DNA of 64,000 bases from Obrimoposthia wandeli (Eukaryota), in contig CDROCS010000253.1 in assembly GCA_977020255.1 (NCBI GenBank), forward strand, positions 1,860,001 through 1,924,000, written 5' to 3'. Each line of letters begins with the position of its first letter. The first letter of the stretch is position 1. A model generated the notes under the pieces. It saw only the letters and a list, made by a program, of their open reading frames with translations, did no database searches and had not been told where the DNA came from. Of this stretch, positions 17,386 to 27,319 are shown in pieces. The position numbers were made by a program, and so were the translations under genes.

Positions 17386-18516
17386 ATGACACAAATACGC
17401 TTTCATGCTCAACAACTCTTTGATGGACAAGCTTTTTTTGACGATCAAGTGTTGACCATAGTTGATGGTAAAATTACAGCCATTGACCAAGACACAAGTA
17501 AGGTCGATGTTATTGCTACTGGTTTAGTTGTTCCAGGTTATATCGATTTACAAGTTAATGGCGGCGGCGGGGTATTATTTAACGATTCACCATCAGTTGC
17601 AAACTTAAAAACAATAATGGCTGCTCATGCTCAATTTGGCACTACGGCTATGATGCCAACGTTGATAACGGATAAACTTGAAGTCATGCAGCAGGCTGCA
17701 GACGCCATTGCTCAAGCAATCTCAGCTGGCGTTCCTGGTATTGTCGGTGTTCACTTTGAAGGACCGCATTTATCAATTGAGAAAAAAGGCACTCATTGTG
17801 CTGATTACATCCGCCCTATTTCAGATGAAGAATGGCAGGTTATTTCACGCCAAGACCTTGGCCAAATTATGGTAACCCTTGCACCGGAAACCGTCAGTGC
17901 TGAAGACATAACTCGTATGGTTGAACTCGGCATTAACGTTTGTTTAGGCCACACGAATGCTGATTATAAAACGACTCAACAGGCTATTGATGCTGGAGCA
18001 AGTGGTTTTACTCATTTATTTAATGCTATGTCACCATTACAAGGCCGTGAGCCTGGTGTTGTTGGTGCAGCGCTTTTAAATAACCACACCAGTTGCGGCT
18101 TAATTGTTGACGGTTTCCATGTTGACTACGCCAGTTGTAAATTAGCTATTCAAGCTAAACCTCAAGGGAAAATATTCTTAGTTACTGATGCTATGCCGCC
18201 AGTTGGCACCGAGCAAACGCAATTCGCTCTATACGATCGTACAGTTTATGTTGATAACGGTAAACTTACTTCAACTACAGGTGAACTAGCAGGCTCTTCT
18301 TTAGATATGGCCAGTGCAGTAAAGAATACTCATCAAAAACTAGATATTGAGTTAGGTGAAGCAATTCGTATGGCCAGTTTATATCCTGCACAATACTTAT
18401 ATCAAAACCAAACAGTTATTCGTGGTGAACTCATACCAGGAAAACAAGCTGATATGGTGGTATTGAATGATGATTTGTCAGTACAAGAAACCTGGATTGC
18501 CGGTAAAAAAGTTTAG
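17386..18516 (+). CDS. nagA: N-acetylglucosamine-6-phosphate deacetylase
   Basis: PGYIDLQVNG, HFEGP, THLFNAM, DGFH, LVTDAM, LAGS. Confidence 0.95.
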   Translation: MTQIRFHAQQLFDGQAFFDDQVLTIVDGKITAIDQDTSKVDVIATGLVVPGYIDLQVNGGGGVLFNDSPSVANLKTIMAAHAQFGTTAMMPTLITDKLEVMQQAADAIAQAISAGVPGIVGVHFEGPHLSIEKKGTHCADYIRPISDEEWQVISRQDLGQIMVTLAPETVSAEDITRMVELGINVCLGHTNADYKTTQQAIDAGASGFTHLFNAMSPLQGREPGVVGAALLNNHTSCGLIVDGFHVDYASCKLAIQAKPQGKIFLVTDAMPPVGTEQTQFALYDRTVYVDNGKLTSTTGELAGSSLDMASAVKNTHQKLDIELGEAIRMASLYPAQYLYQNQTVIRGELIPGKQADMVVLNDDLSVQETWIAGKKV

Positions 18517-18567
18517 TTTACTAATTTAATCGAAGTAATAACAATAATGCAAGTTAACGAGGAAGTT

Positions 18568-19881
18568 ATGGAAATGTCTTTAACAGAAGAAAAAAAGCAA
18601 AGTAACGCTGTGCCTATGGTGATCGTTGCCGGGCTATTTTTTATCCTAGGTTTTGCGACCTGGTTAAACGGCTCCTTAATGCCTTATTTACAACAAATAC
18701 TGCAATTAACACCCTTTCAAGCATCGCTAATATTATTTTCTTTTTATATTGCGGTCACTTTTACTGCCTTACCTTCTTCGGCCATTATTCGTAAAATCGG
18801 TTATAAAAATGGTATGGCATTAGGTATGGGTACCATGATGCTGGCTGGCTTACTTTTTATTCCAGCAGCTAAAACACAAATATTTCCATTATTTCTCTTA
18901 GCTCAGTTAGTTATGGGCACAGGTCAAACGTTACTACAAACGGCTGTTAACCCTTATGTTGTGCGTATTGGTCCTGAAGAATCAGCAGCAGCACGTATTT
19001 CAATTATGGGTATCTTAAATAAAGGCGCAGGTGTCGTTGCCCCTATCGTTTTTACCGCATTAATCTTAAGCGGTTTTAGTGATACTGTTGGTACTGAGTT
19101 AAGCCAAATTCAAATTGATGCAATGGCTGATAAATTGATTTTACCTTATTTAGGTATGGCTTTATTTATTGGTATTCTAGGTTTTGCAGTGAAAAAGTCT
19201 CCTTTACCTGAGTTAGCTAGTGAAGAAGAGGAAGGGGAGGCTGGACATAAAGGTCAATTAAAAGAAGCGCTTTCTCACCCTAACTTAGCACTTGGTGTTG
19301 TAGCATTATTTTTATATGTTGCCGTAGAAGTCATTGCTGGTGATACGATTGGCGCATTCGCCCTTGCGCTAGGCGTTGAAAACTACAGTGTGATGACTTC
19401 TTATACTATGGGCTGCATGGTACTAGGTTACATTCTAGGTATCGCACTTATTCCTCGTTTTATTTCACAGCAAAAAGCATTGATGGTCTCAGCCGTTTTA
19501 GGCTTAGCACTTACCTTTGGTGTTATTTTGGGCGATAACAGCTCTTTTGCTATAGCTAACTCGCTGTCGTTTATTCTTGGTGGAGCTCAGTTACCTGATA
19601 CCTTGATATTGATTGCTTTTTTAGGACTAGCCAACGCGATTGTATGGCCGGCTGTTTTTCCATTAGCACTTTCAGGCATGGGTAAACTAACCAGTGTTGG
19701 CTCTGCGCTGTTAGTGATGGGTATTTCAGGTGGCGCCTTTGGTCCATTATTCTGGAGTTTAGTCAGTGGTACCAGTGGAAAAGCGGTAGACCTTCAAAGT
19801 GGTTATATTGTTATGCTGCCTTGTTATCTCTTTATTTTATTCTACGCGATTAAAGGCTGTAAAATGAAATCTTGGAAATAG
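18568..19881 (+). CDS. nagP: MFS GlcNAc permease (FucP/GluP family)
   Basis: 12-TM MFS pattern, LLQTAVNPY and YVAVEV motifs; GAGG RBS favours ATG 18568. Confidence 0.8.
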   Translation: MEMSLTEEKKQSNAVPMVIVAGLFFILGFATWLNGSLMPYLQQILQLTPFQASLILFSFYIAVTFTALPSSAIIRKIGYKNGMALGMGTMMLAGLLFIPAAKTQIFPLFLLAQLVMGTGQTLLQTAVNPYVVRIGPEESAAARISIMGILNKGAGVVAPIVFTALILSGFSDTVGTELSQIQIDAMADKLILPYLGMALFIGILGFAVKKSPLPELASEEEEGEAGHKGQLKEALSHPNLALGVVALFLYVAVEVIAGDTIGAFALALGVENYSVMTSYTMGCMVLGYILGIALIPRFISQQKALMVSAVLGLALTFGVILGDNSSFAIANSLSFILGGAQLPDTLILIAFLGLANAIVWPAVFPLALSGMGKLTSVGSALLVMGISGGAFGPLFWSLVSGTSGKAVDLQSGYIVMLPCYLFILFYAIKGCKMKSWK

Positions 19882-19938
19882 ATAAAATAAAATGATGCTG
19901 AGTAACGTTAGTTAACGTAAAAATGTGAATGCGAATTT

Positions 19939-19978
19939 AAAAAAACCTCAATCAAACTGGCTTGATTGAGGTTTTTTT
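19939..19978. terminator. Strong intrinsic terminator ending the nag operon
   Basis: AAAAAAACCTCAATCAA-N6-TTGATTGAGGTTTTTTT. Confidence 0.9.
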
Positions 19979-20207
19979 AAATCGTTAATTCAATCAGTAG
20001 TTCGCAGAAGTGACAGCTATAATATACACTTTATTAATTTCTCATATTTAGTTGATTTTAGTGAGAGTTGACGAACTGATTTAACCATACTAAAATAGAA
20101 AACTGTTTGATATCTAACCATTTCATGGGATTGATAAGTAAAAGTAATTATTAGCTTAAGCAGAAGTAGGGACAAACGTTGTATAAAGAACTTAAAAGGA
20201 TTTAATT

Positions 20208-20420
20208 ATGTGTGAAGCTAAAAGGAAAGTGACTGTTATATATTGTTGCGATGATGATGTAGCGATATATAGGAAAACCCAAAGTTTCAATCTAAATACT
20301 TATGGTGATATGATCATCCCACAAAACTTTAAACGTGGTAAAACCATAGTAGCAGTGTGTGATGGCGATATTAACGTTACAAATAGCCTGGGTGATAAAC
20401 TCGTTGATGGGTATCATTAG
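20208..20420 (+). CDS. Small conserved protein, DUF2375-like
   Basis: AAGGA RBS; resembles the DUF2375 pattern (GxxIIPxxFxxGKxIxAVxxG...NSLG), from memory. Confidence 0.6.
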   Translation: MCEAKRKVTVIYCCDDDVAIYRKTQSFNLNTYGDMIIPQNFKRGKTIVAVCDGDINVTNSLGDKLVDGYH

Positions 20421-20444
20421 AAGTTGTTTTGTATAATAGATAAT

Positions 20445-20472
20445 AAAAAGGTGACAAATATGTCACCTTTTT
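20445..20472. terminator. Bidirectional terminator between the small ORF and ccmE
   Basis: AAAAAGGTGACA-AATA-TGTCACCTTTTT. Confidence 0.85.
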
Positions 20473-20525
20473 TGTGTCTAATACTAATCAGACCAATAAA
20501 TTAATCCGTTAGCTATAACATTAAA

Positions 20526-21062
20526 TTAATAACTGTTAGTTTTTTTACTTTCTAATTGTTTTTCACTGTAAGTTACTTTGTCATGTTTCTTACCCGCAGC
20601 TTCAGCCAACTCAGCAGGTATATAGTTTTCATCATGTTTAGCAAGTACTTCACTGGCTTCAATGCTTAAGCCTGTTGGTGGATGCTCTGTCAAAGTACCA
20701 TTGGCTACAATGCCTTGGCCTTCACGAAATAGATCAGGTAAAATTCCTTCGTAATAAACAGTCACCATAGGGTCGCTATCTTTAAAAACAATAGGCATAA
20801 CCATATCACTCAGTCTAAATGATACCTTAAGGTTCTCAGGATCGCGCTTTACTGAGCCGGGCACGACTAAACCACCGATACGAATACGTTGGCCGAGACT
20901 CGGTTTTAAGCCGGTCTCTTTTTTACCTTGAGTGATCTCTGACGGGGTGAAAAATAAATCAATATTCTGACTTAAGGCATATAAAACAAGCCCGGATACG
21001 ATGCCAATACCAATTAGAATAGAGCCAACAATAGCAAGACGTTTTTTACGGCGTGGATTCAT
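20526..21062 (-). CDS. ccmE: Cytochrome c maturation heme chaperone
   Basis: [21 protein letters not shown], heme-binding AKHDENY. Confidence 0.95.
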   Translation of the reverse strand: MNPRRKKRLAIVGSILIGIGIVSGLVLYALSQNIDLFFTPSEITQGKKETGLKPSLGQRIRIGGLVVPGSVKRDPENLKVSFRLSDMVMPIVFKDSDPMVTVYYEGILPDLFREGQGIVANGTLTEHPPTGLSIEASEVLAKHDENYIPAELAEAAGKKHDKVTYSEKQLESKKTNSY

Positions 21063-21295
21063 TATTCAGTTACCTCGTTTAATGCTTTATTTTGTTGCTT
21101 ACGTAGCGCTTTAGCTTGACGAAGCTTATCTTCTCGCTGCTTACGCTTAGCGATTTCTATGATTATTTGCTGATGACCGGCTTTAGAGCTGATCAATAAA
21201 AGGGTAAGTATCAAAGCGGTAGCACCAAAAGAAAGCCAGACATAAAAGCCATAACCGCCCATATTGATGAAATCGCTAAAACTATTAAATTGCAT
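21062..21295 (-). CDS. ccmD: Heme exporter protein D
   Basis: MGGYGFYVW motif; located between ccmC and ccmE. Confidence 0.9.
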   Translation of the reverse strand: MQFNSFSDFINMGGYGFYVWLSFGATALILTLLLISSKAGHQQIIIEIAKRKQREDKLRQAKALRKQQNKALNEVTE

Positions 21296-21370
21296 TGAGT
21301 GCTCTCCAACTACTTTGCTAATTTGATGTATTATTTACTAGAACTCTGTACATAAAAATATGTACAGGAA

Positions 21371-22117
21371 CTATTTACTTAAACTATTTTTCACTAGTTC
21401 GCGCACCCAAGGACGAATGCTATTGCGCGCTAGAATTTCATTACGAAAACGTAGACAAATAATCACACTGACTAATAATGAAAAACCGATAAAACAAAAG
21501 ATGAAAGGCCATAACATGTCAATTGACATTGATGGCTTACCTAATTTGCTCACCGTAGACCCCTGGTGAAGGGTATTCCACCAGTCAACAGAGTATTTAA
21601 TTATTGGAATATTTATCACGCCAACAAGCGTTAAAATTCCGGCAGCTTTACCTGCTAAGTTTTTATCTTCAAACGCGTTATGTAAGGCCATTACCCCTAA
21701 ATACAAAAACAGTAAAATGAGCTCTGACGTTAAACGAGCATCCCAAATCCACCAAGTACCCCACATAGGTTTGCCCCAAGCAGCACCGGTAATTAGTGCA
21801 ATGGCAGTAAAAGCTGCGCCAACCGGAGCCATTGCGGCAGCAGATGCATCTGCAAGTTTTAATTGCCAAACTAAGCTGCTAAACGCCGCTATTGCCATGG
21901 CAAAATAAATGCCCATAGATAAAGACGCTGCTGGTACATGAATGTAGAAGATACGAAAGCTATGTCCTTGCTGATAATCAGCAGGGGCGAACAATAATGC
22001 CCATACTAAGCCAATACTTAGAAAGATTGCCGCAAGGGCGCTTAACCAAGGTAATAACTTATTAGTTAAGTGATAAGACACTTCTGGGTTTGCATAAGGG
22101 TGTAACCATTTCCACAT
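21371..22117 (-). CDS. ccmC: Heme exporter protein C
   Basis: WWD motif WGKPMWGTWWIWDARLT; HVP and WWNTLHQ. Confidence 0.95.
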   Translation of the reverse strand: MWKWLHPYANPEVSYHLTNKLLPWLSALAAIFLSIGLVWALLFAPADYQQGHSFRIFYIHVPAASLSMGIYFAMAIAAFSSLVWQLKLADASAAAMAPVGAAFTAIALITGAAWGKPMWGTWWIWDARLTSELILLFLYLGVMALHNAFEDKNLAGKAAGILTLVGVINIPIIKYSVDWWNTLHQGSTVSKLGKPSMSIDMLWPFIFCFIGFSLLVSVIICLRFRNEILARNSIRPWVRELVKNSLSK

Positions 22118-22932
22118 CAGTTGGTACTCACTTTTAGGGCGGCGCCAACAGCAAAGGGGGCGAGCGTTAAAGATCCAAAGAATAATGCGGCGATTATAGC
22201 AAGTTGACCGCTGTAAGGTAAACCAAGCGCGGCAGTATCTATCGCGCTGGTAGCAAAAATTAATACCGGAATGTAAAGTGGCAACACAAGTAAGCTGAGC
22301 AATACGCCGCCTTTTTTAATCCCTACGGTAAGTGCAACACCAACCGCGCCAAGTAAGCTAAGTACTGGTGTGCCCAGTAATAAGGTAAGCAATAATGCGG
22401 TGTAACTGTGTTCGTCTAAATGTAGTAGCACGGCTAAAAGTGGCGCGATAAAAATAAGTGGTAAGCCAGTAATCAGCCAATGAGCGAATATTTTAGCCAG
22501 CACTAATACAAATATTGGGTGAGGGCTAAGTAACATTTGTTCAAGCGAACCATCAAGATGATCCGATTTAAATAATCGGTCTAATGATAAAAGGGTCGCT
22601 AATAATGCTGCTACCCAAATAATACCTGGGGCAATTCGGCTTAACGTTTGTGCTTCAGGGCCAATGCCTAAAGGGAAAAGCGTGACCACAATAACAAAAA
22701 ATAGCAAGGGATTAATGATGTCATCTTTATGGCGCATCGCAATGGTAAGATCACGTTTTAATACCAACATAAAGGCATGGCGATAAGAGAGTTGTTGTGA
22801 TGACTGCGTAGTACTTTCTACAGCGGTATTCACTATCACAGTATTCTCTATCAAAGCATTATCTATGAGAGTCTCATTGATAATGCCTACTAAGTTTTCA
22901 GTCTTTTGACTAGACTGGGCTTTTAAGGTCAT
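22117..22932 (-). CDS. ccmB: Heme exporter protein B with an N-terminal extension of about 48 aa
   Basis: LFPLGIGP, DGSLEQ, PLYIPVLIF; start codon uncertain. Confidence 0.9.
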   Translation of the reverse strand: MTLKAQSSQKTENLVGIINETLIDNALIENTVIVNTAVESTTQSSQQLSYRHAFMLVLKRDLTIAMRHKDDIINPLLFFVIVVTLFPLGIGPEAQTLSRIAPGIIWVAALLATLLSLDRLFKSDHLDGSLEQMLLSPHPIFVLVLAKIFAHWLITGLPLIFIAPLLAVLLHLDEHSYTALLLTLLLGTPVLSLLGAVGVALTVGIKKGGVLLSLLVLPLYIPVLIFATSAIDTAALGLPYSGQLAIIAALFFGSLTLAPFAVGAALKVSTN

Positions 22933-22969
22933 TAGGTTATTTCTCTAAACGCTCTAAAAGGAATGCATA

Positions 22970-23638
22970 TTAATCAACAGCACTATCATAGCTGTAATCT
23001 AGAGTGATTTTTTTGATTTGTTCTGGCTTTATGCTAATTAAATCTTGGTGTGTGGTTAAAATAACACAACCACCACGCTCAGCATGCAAAGAAAACAGTC
23101 GCTCTAAACTAGCAACGCCTTGTTTATCTATGGCAGTAAAGGGCTCATCTAAAATCCAAATAGGCACATTACTTTGATATAAACGTGCTAATGCGATACG
23201 TCGATGCTGTCCAGCACTTAAATGTGATGCCAAACACTCTTCAAAGCCTGAAAGGTTTACCTTGGCTAAATAGGCTAAGCTCTCTTGGGTTTTGTTACCA
23301 TGTAGTGCTAAATTAAAATCAAGATTTTCTTCTGCGGTCATTTCACCTTTTACACCAGATAAATGGCCAAAATAAAGTAAATTTTGATGAAACTCTTCTC
23401 GACAGTGACTTACCAGCTGATCTCTGTATAATATTTGACCATCATAGGGTTGAGAAAGGCCTGATAAAATACGTAATAAACTGGTTTTTCCAGAGCCATT
23501 AGGACCCTCAACTTGCACTATGTCACCCGCATTTATTTGCAGTGATAATTCATCAAATAATAAGCGTTCTTCTCGAATACAGGTGAGGTTTACCGCACTG
23601 ATCAAGGGAGTTGAGTTTTTTTTGGACAATGTATTCAC
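22970..23638 (-). CDS. ccmA: Heme ABC exporter ATPase
   Basis: [29 protein letters not shown]. Confidence 0.93.
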   Translation of the reverse strand: MNTLSKKNSTPLISAVNLTCIREERLLFDELSLQINAGDIVQVEGPNGSGKTSLLRILSGLSQPYDGQILYRDQLVSHCREEFHQNLLYFGHLSGVKGEMTAEENLDFNLALHGNKTQESLAYLAKVNLSGFEECLASHLSAGQHRRIALARLYQSNVPIWILDEPFTAIDKQGVASLERLFSLHAERGGCVILTTHQDLISIKPEQIKKITLDYSYDSAVD

Positions 23639-23670
23639 TATTCTTTATCAACGTTTTGTTAAAGTCTATA

Positions 23671-23933
23671 TATACCCATTATCATTCAAGATGCAGGTTT
23701 CAGAGTGCTTGAGCCATTTCAATTCAAGGCGCTGTGATGAAATAATGGTTGTTCCATTATAAATCACAGCAACGAGGAAGTGATGTTGCTCAAGCGCTTC
23801 TTTGATGGGTTTAAAAGAGTTTTATACTGCGTTAAATAATGAAACCATAGAATGACTATGCTTTCATTACTCCCTTGCCTAAAACCCTTTTAATTCCCAC
23901 TGAAATCCTGCACTTTGATTGGTAACGGGTATA
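23671..23933. mobile_element. ERIC-like miniature inverted-repeat element (subfamily B, 263 bp)
   Basis: TIRs TATACCCATTATCATTCAAGATGCAGG and CCTGCACTTTGATTGGTAACGGGTATA; closely matches the reverse complement of 53294-53557. Confidence 0.85.
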
Positions 23934-24196
23934 CAAGCTAGGAGGTTGAATTCTAGCGTATGTTTGTCGAGTAATTCTTGATATGGATCGTATAATCACT
24001 TTGGGTGATATAATACCATAGCCAACATTAACATAGCCCAAGAAACTTGTAACATTATGAAACAACTTGAGTCGTTAATTTACATTAATATTTGAACCGA
24101 TAAAATGTTAGTATGACGCGATAATTTTTAGCCTAATTAGTATTGTTTACTAATTACTCATGGTTAATTGTTTTTTGAAGTAGAGCGGAGAACCCA

Positions 24197-26263
24197 ATGA
24201 TACCCGATATGGTAGCAACACAAATGCCTGAGCTTATACCTGAACTCGGTCACTTAGCCCTTATAATTGCTTTAGCATTTGCTATTTGCTTAACTTTAAT
24301 TCCGTTAATCGGTGTTCATAGTCCGGAGCATAGTTCATTAAAGAAACTCATGACCTATGCTAGACCACTTGCTTACGGTATGTTTTTTTTCACTGGTATT
24401 AGTCTTGTCATTCTTGCCTACAGTTTTGTCGTTGATGACTTTTCTATTAAGTACATCGCCGGTCACTCAAATACCCATTTACCTTATTATTTTAAAATAA
24501 GCGCCGTTTGGGGCGGTCATGAAGGCTCATTATTGTTGTGGGTGTTCTCCTTAACTGCATGGACTGCGGCAGTTGCGCGTTTTTCAAAAGGCATTGAAGA
24601 AGAATTTATTTCTCGTGTTTTAGCTGTCATGGGCATGATTGCTATCGGATTTATCGCTTTTACTTTATTAACCTCCAATCCATTTGATCGTTTATGGCCA
24701 AATGTGCCGATGGAAGGTCGTGATTTAAACCCATTATTACAAGATATTGGCTTAATTATTCATCCACCATTGTTATATCTTGGTTATGTTGGTTTTGCTG
24801 TTGCTTTTGCGTTTGCTGTTGCTGCTTTAATGGCGGGTAAGATGGATGCAGCATGGGCTCGTTGGTCTCGTCCGTGGACTGTCGGCGCGTGGGTGTGTTT
24901 AACATTAGGTATCGCGCTAGGTAGCTGGTGGGCATATTATGAACTTGGTTGGGGCGGTTGGTGGTTCTGGGATCCTGTTGAAAACGCATCCTTTATGCCT
25001 TGGCTGGTCGGTACTGCTCTGATCCATTCTTTAGCGGTTACAGAAAAACGTGGCACTTTTAGAAATTGGACTATTTTACTGGCAATATTTGCTTTTGGTT
25101 TAAGTTTATTAGGTACCTTCTTAGTACGTTCAGGGGTGATTACTTCGGTACATTCTTTCGCTGCTGATCCTTCTCGCGGTATCTTTATACTGGTGATTCT
25201 TGCTATTGCTATAGGCGGCTCTTTAACGTTATACGCCTTTAGAGCTAGTACTGTGGCGAGCTTTTCTCGCTTCGCATTTTATTCACGTGAAACGGCACTA
25301 TTATTGTGTAACGTTATTTTGGTTGTTGCAGCGGTAACCGTACTTCTAGGTACTCTATATCCATTATTAGTTGATGCGTTAGGTTACGGGAAAATATCAG
25401 TGGGTCCTCCGTATTTTAATGCCGTTTTTGTTCCTATCATGAGTATTCTATTTATCATTATGGGAATAGGGCCTTTGATTCGTTGGAAAAAAGCGAAACA
25501 AGGCGAGTTACGTAAAAGACTGTTAAGTTCATCGGTATTTAGTATTGCTTTTGGTTTATTGTTTCCAGTGGTTTATGGTGGCGAGTTCAATGCTTTGGTT
25601 GCCATGGGTATTACATTAGCGACTTGGGTTTTCTTAGTGGTTGTTAAAGAAGTTAAAAACCAATTTCAAACAGTAGGAAAATTAACGACAAGCCATATAG
25701 GCATGGCAACAGCTCATGCGGGTATAGCTATCACTATTGTTGGCGTTACCATTGTTTCAATGTATGAAAGTGAAACCAATGTGAAAATGGCACTTAATGA
25801 AAGAGTGACTATTTCAGGATATGAAATTGAGTTCAAAGGCATGAAAAATGTTGAGGGGCCAAACTATAGTGCCGAGCAGGGGCAAATTAATATCTATAAA
25901 GTTACTGGTCCGAACGAAAGTGAATTTGTTAGTTTACTCAAACCAGAACGTCGCACTTACCGTGTACAAACAATGGGAATGACTGAAGCCGGAATTGATC
26001 CAGGTTTGTTCCGTGATATATACGTAGCATTAGGTGATCCATTACCCGGTGGTGCGTGGGCAATTCGAGTACATTATAAGCCATTTGTTCGTTGGATCTG
26101 GTTAGGTGCAATTTTCATGGGCGCAGGTGGTATTTTATCAATGCTTGATAAACGCTATCGCCGTAAAAAAACTGTAGTTGTTAATTCGCCAGTTGTTGCT
26201 GACTCGTTGACAAATACAGTGGCTGCAACATCTACTAATACGCCAAAAGTATCGGAGATATAG
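24197..26263 (+). CDS. ccmF: Cytochrome c heme lyase subunit
   Basis: WGGHEGS, HPPLLYLGY, WGGWWFWDPVENASF, SVHSFA. Confidence 0.95.
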   Translation: MIPDMVATQMPELIPELGHLALIIALAFAICLTLIPLIGVHSPEHSSLKKLMTYARPLAYGMFFFTGISLVILAYSFVVDDFSIKYIAGHSNTHLPYYFKISAVWGGHEGSLLLWVFSLTAWTAAVARFSKGIEEEFISRVLAVMGMIAIGFIAFTLLTSNPFDRLWPNVPMEGRDLNPLLQDIGLIIHPPLLYLGYVGFAVAFAFAVAALMAGKMDAAWARWSRPWTVGAWVCLTLGIALGSWWAYYELGWGGWWFWDPVENASFMPWLVGTALIHSLAVTEKRGTFRNWTILLAIFAFGLSLLGTFLVRSGVITSVHSFAADPSRGIFILVILAIAIGGSLTLYAFRASTVASFSRFAFYSRETALLLCNVILVVAAVTVLLGTLYPLLVDALGYGKISVGPPYFNAVFVPIMSILFIIMGIGPLIRWKKAKQGELRKRLLSSSVFSIAFGLLFPVVYGGEFNALVAMGITLATWVFLVVVKEVKNQFQTVGKLTTSHIGMATAHAGIAITIVGVTIVSMYESETNVKMALNERVTISGYEIEFKGMKNVEGPNYSAEQGQINIYKVTGPNESEFVSLLKPERRTYRVQTMGMTEAGIDPGLFRDIYVALGDPLPGGAWAIRVHYKPFVRWIWLGAIFMGAGGILSMLDKRYRRKKTVVVNSPVVADSLTNTVAATSTNTPKVSEI

Positions 26264-26265
26264 TC

Positions 26266-26814
26266 ATGGGTAAGCTAATTCGTTTTTTACCTTTGATATT
26301 AGTCATCGCCTTAGGTGTTGTATTGTATCGTGGTTTATCACTTAACCCACAAGATATGCCGTCGGCACTTGTTGGCAAAACTATGCCGGCTTTTGCTCTG
26401 CAAACACTTAATAATAGTGAAAAAATGGTCACTCAAGCAGATCTTCTTGGTGATATTGTTTTAGTTAATGTTTGGGCTACCTGGTGTCCTACATGTAAAT
26501 ATGAACACCCGTATTTAGTTGATATAGCAAAAGACCCTCAAGTTAAATTGTATGGCTTGAACTATAAAGATGAGCGTGTTGCCGCACAGAAATGGCTGCA
26601 AAACTATGAAGACCCTTATATATTTTCAATTTTTGATGAAGAAGGGACCTTAGGTTTAGATCTCGGTGTTTATGGTGCGCCAGAAACGTTCGTTATTGAT
26701 CATCACGGTATTATTCGTAAACGTTTTGCTGGTGCTATTGATACACGCGTATGGCGACGTGAATTTGAGCCATTAATTGCTCAGCTAATTGAAGAAAAAA
26801 AGCAGGGGAAATAA
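26266..26814 (+). CDS. ccmG: Periplasmic thiol:disulfide oxidoreductase
   Basis: WATWCPTC and GVYGAPETF motifs; membrane anchor. Confidence 0.93.
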   Translation: MGKLIRFLPLILVIALGVVLYRGLSLNPQDMPSALVGKTMPAFALQTLNNSEKMVTQADLLGDIVLVNVWATWCPTCKYEHPYLVDIAKDPQVKLYGLNYKDERVAAQKWLQNYEDPYIFSIFDEEGTLGLDLGVYGAPETFVIDHHGIIRKRFAGAIDTRVWRREFEPLIAQLIEEKKQGK

Positions 26815-26815
26815 C

Positions 26816-27283
26816 ATGCGTCTATTCAGCATATTTATACTCATATTGGCGTTCGCATTTGGTGCTAATGTAGCGACAGCAAGTCCGGTAGATACCTATG
26901 AGTTTAATGATGAAGTCACTAAAATACGCTTTCAAGCGTTAAGTAAAGAATTAAGGTGCCCTAAGTGTCAAAACCAAAACTTAGCTGATTCAAACTCCCC
27001 TATTGCTGCTGATTTACGTAAAGAGCTTTATGAATTATTGCAACAAGGTAAAGCCGATAGTGAGATTGTTAACTTTATGGTCGACCGCTATGGTGAATTT
27101 GTTTTATATCGACCGAGAGTCTCTGAGTTGACTTACATTTTATGGTTTGGTCCAGCAGTGTTAATTTTGTTAGGTATCATTGTCGTTATTGTCATTGTTC
27201 GCAGGAAACCCGTGGATAAAAAAACCTTGGCTTTATCCTCAGAACAACAAGATAAGCTTAAAAAGCTATTAGATGATAAGTAA
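26816..27283 (+). CDS. ccmH: Cytochrome c biogenesis protein H
   Basis: LRCPKC motif and RYGEFVLYRP; start taken at MRLF (ATG 26816). Confidence 0.9.
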   Translation: MRLFSIFILILAFAFGANVATASPVDTYEFNDEVTKIRFQALSKELRCPKCQNQNLADSNSPIAADLRKELYELLQQGKADSEIVNFMVDRYGEFVLYRPRVSELTYILWFGPAVLILLGIIVVIVIVRRKPVDKKTLALSSEQQDKLKKLLDDK

Positions 27284-27319
27284 CAACTCAATAAATTAAA
27301 AGAAGCAGCAGATAGCATT

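Noticed and set aside
23520-24065. Short ORFs overlapping the 263-bp element
   Set aside because: Chance frames across non-coding repeat DNA; no transposase motifs, so the elements are not autonomous IS
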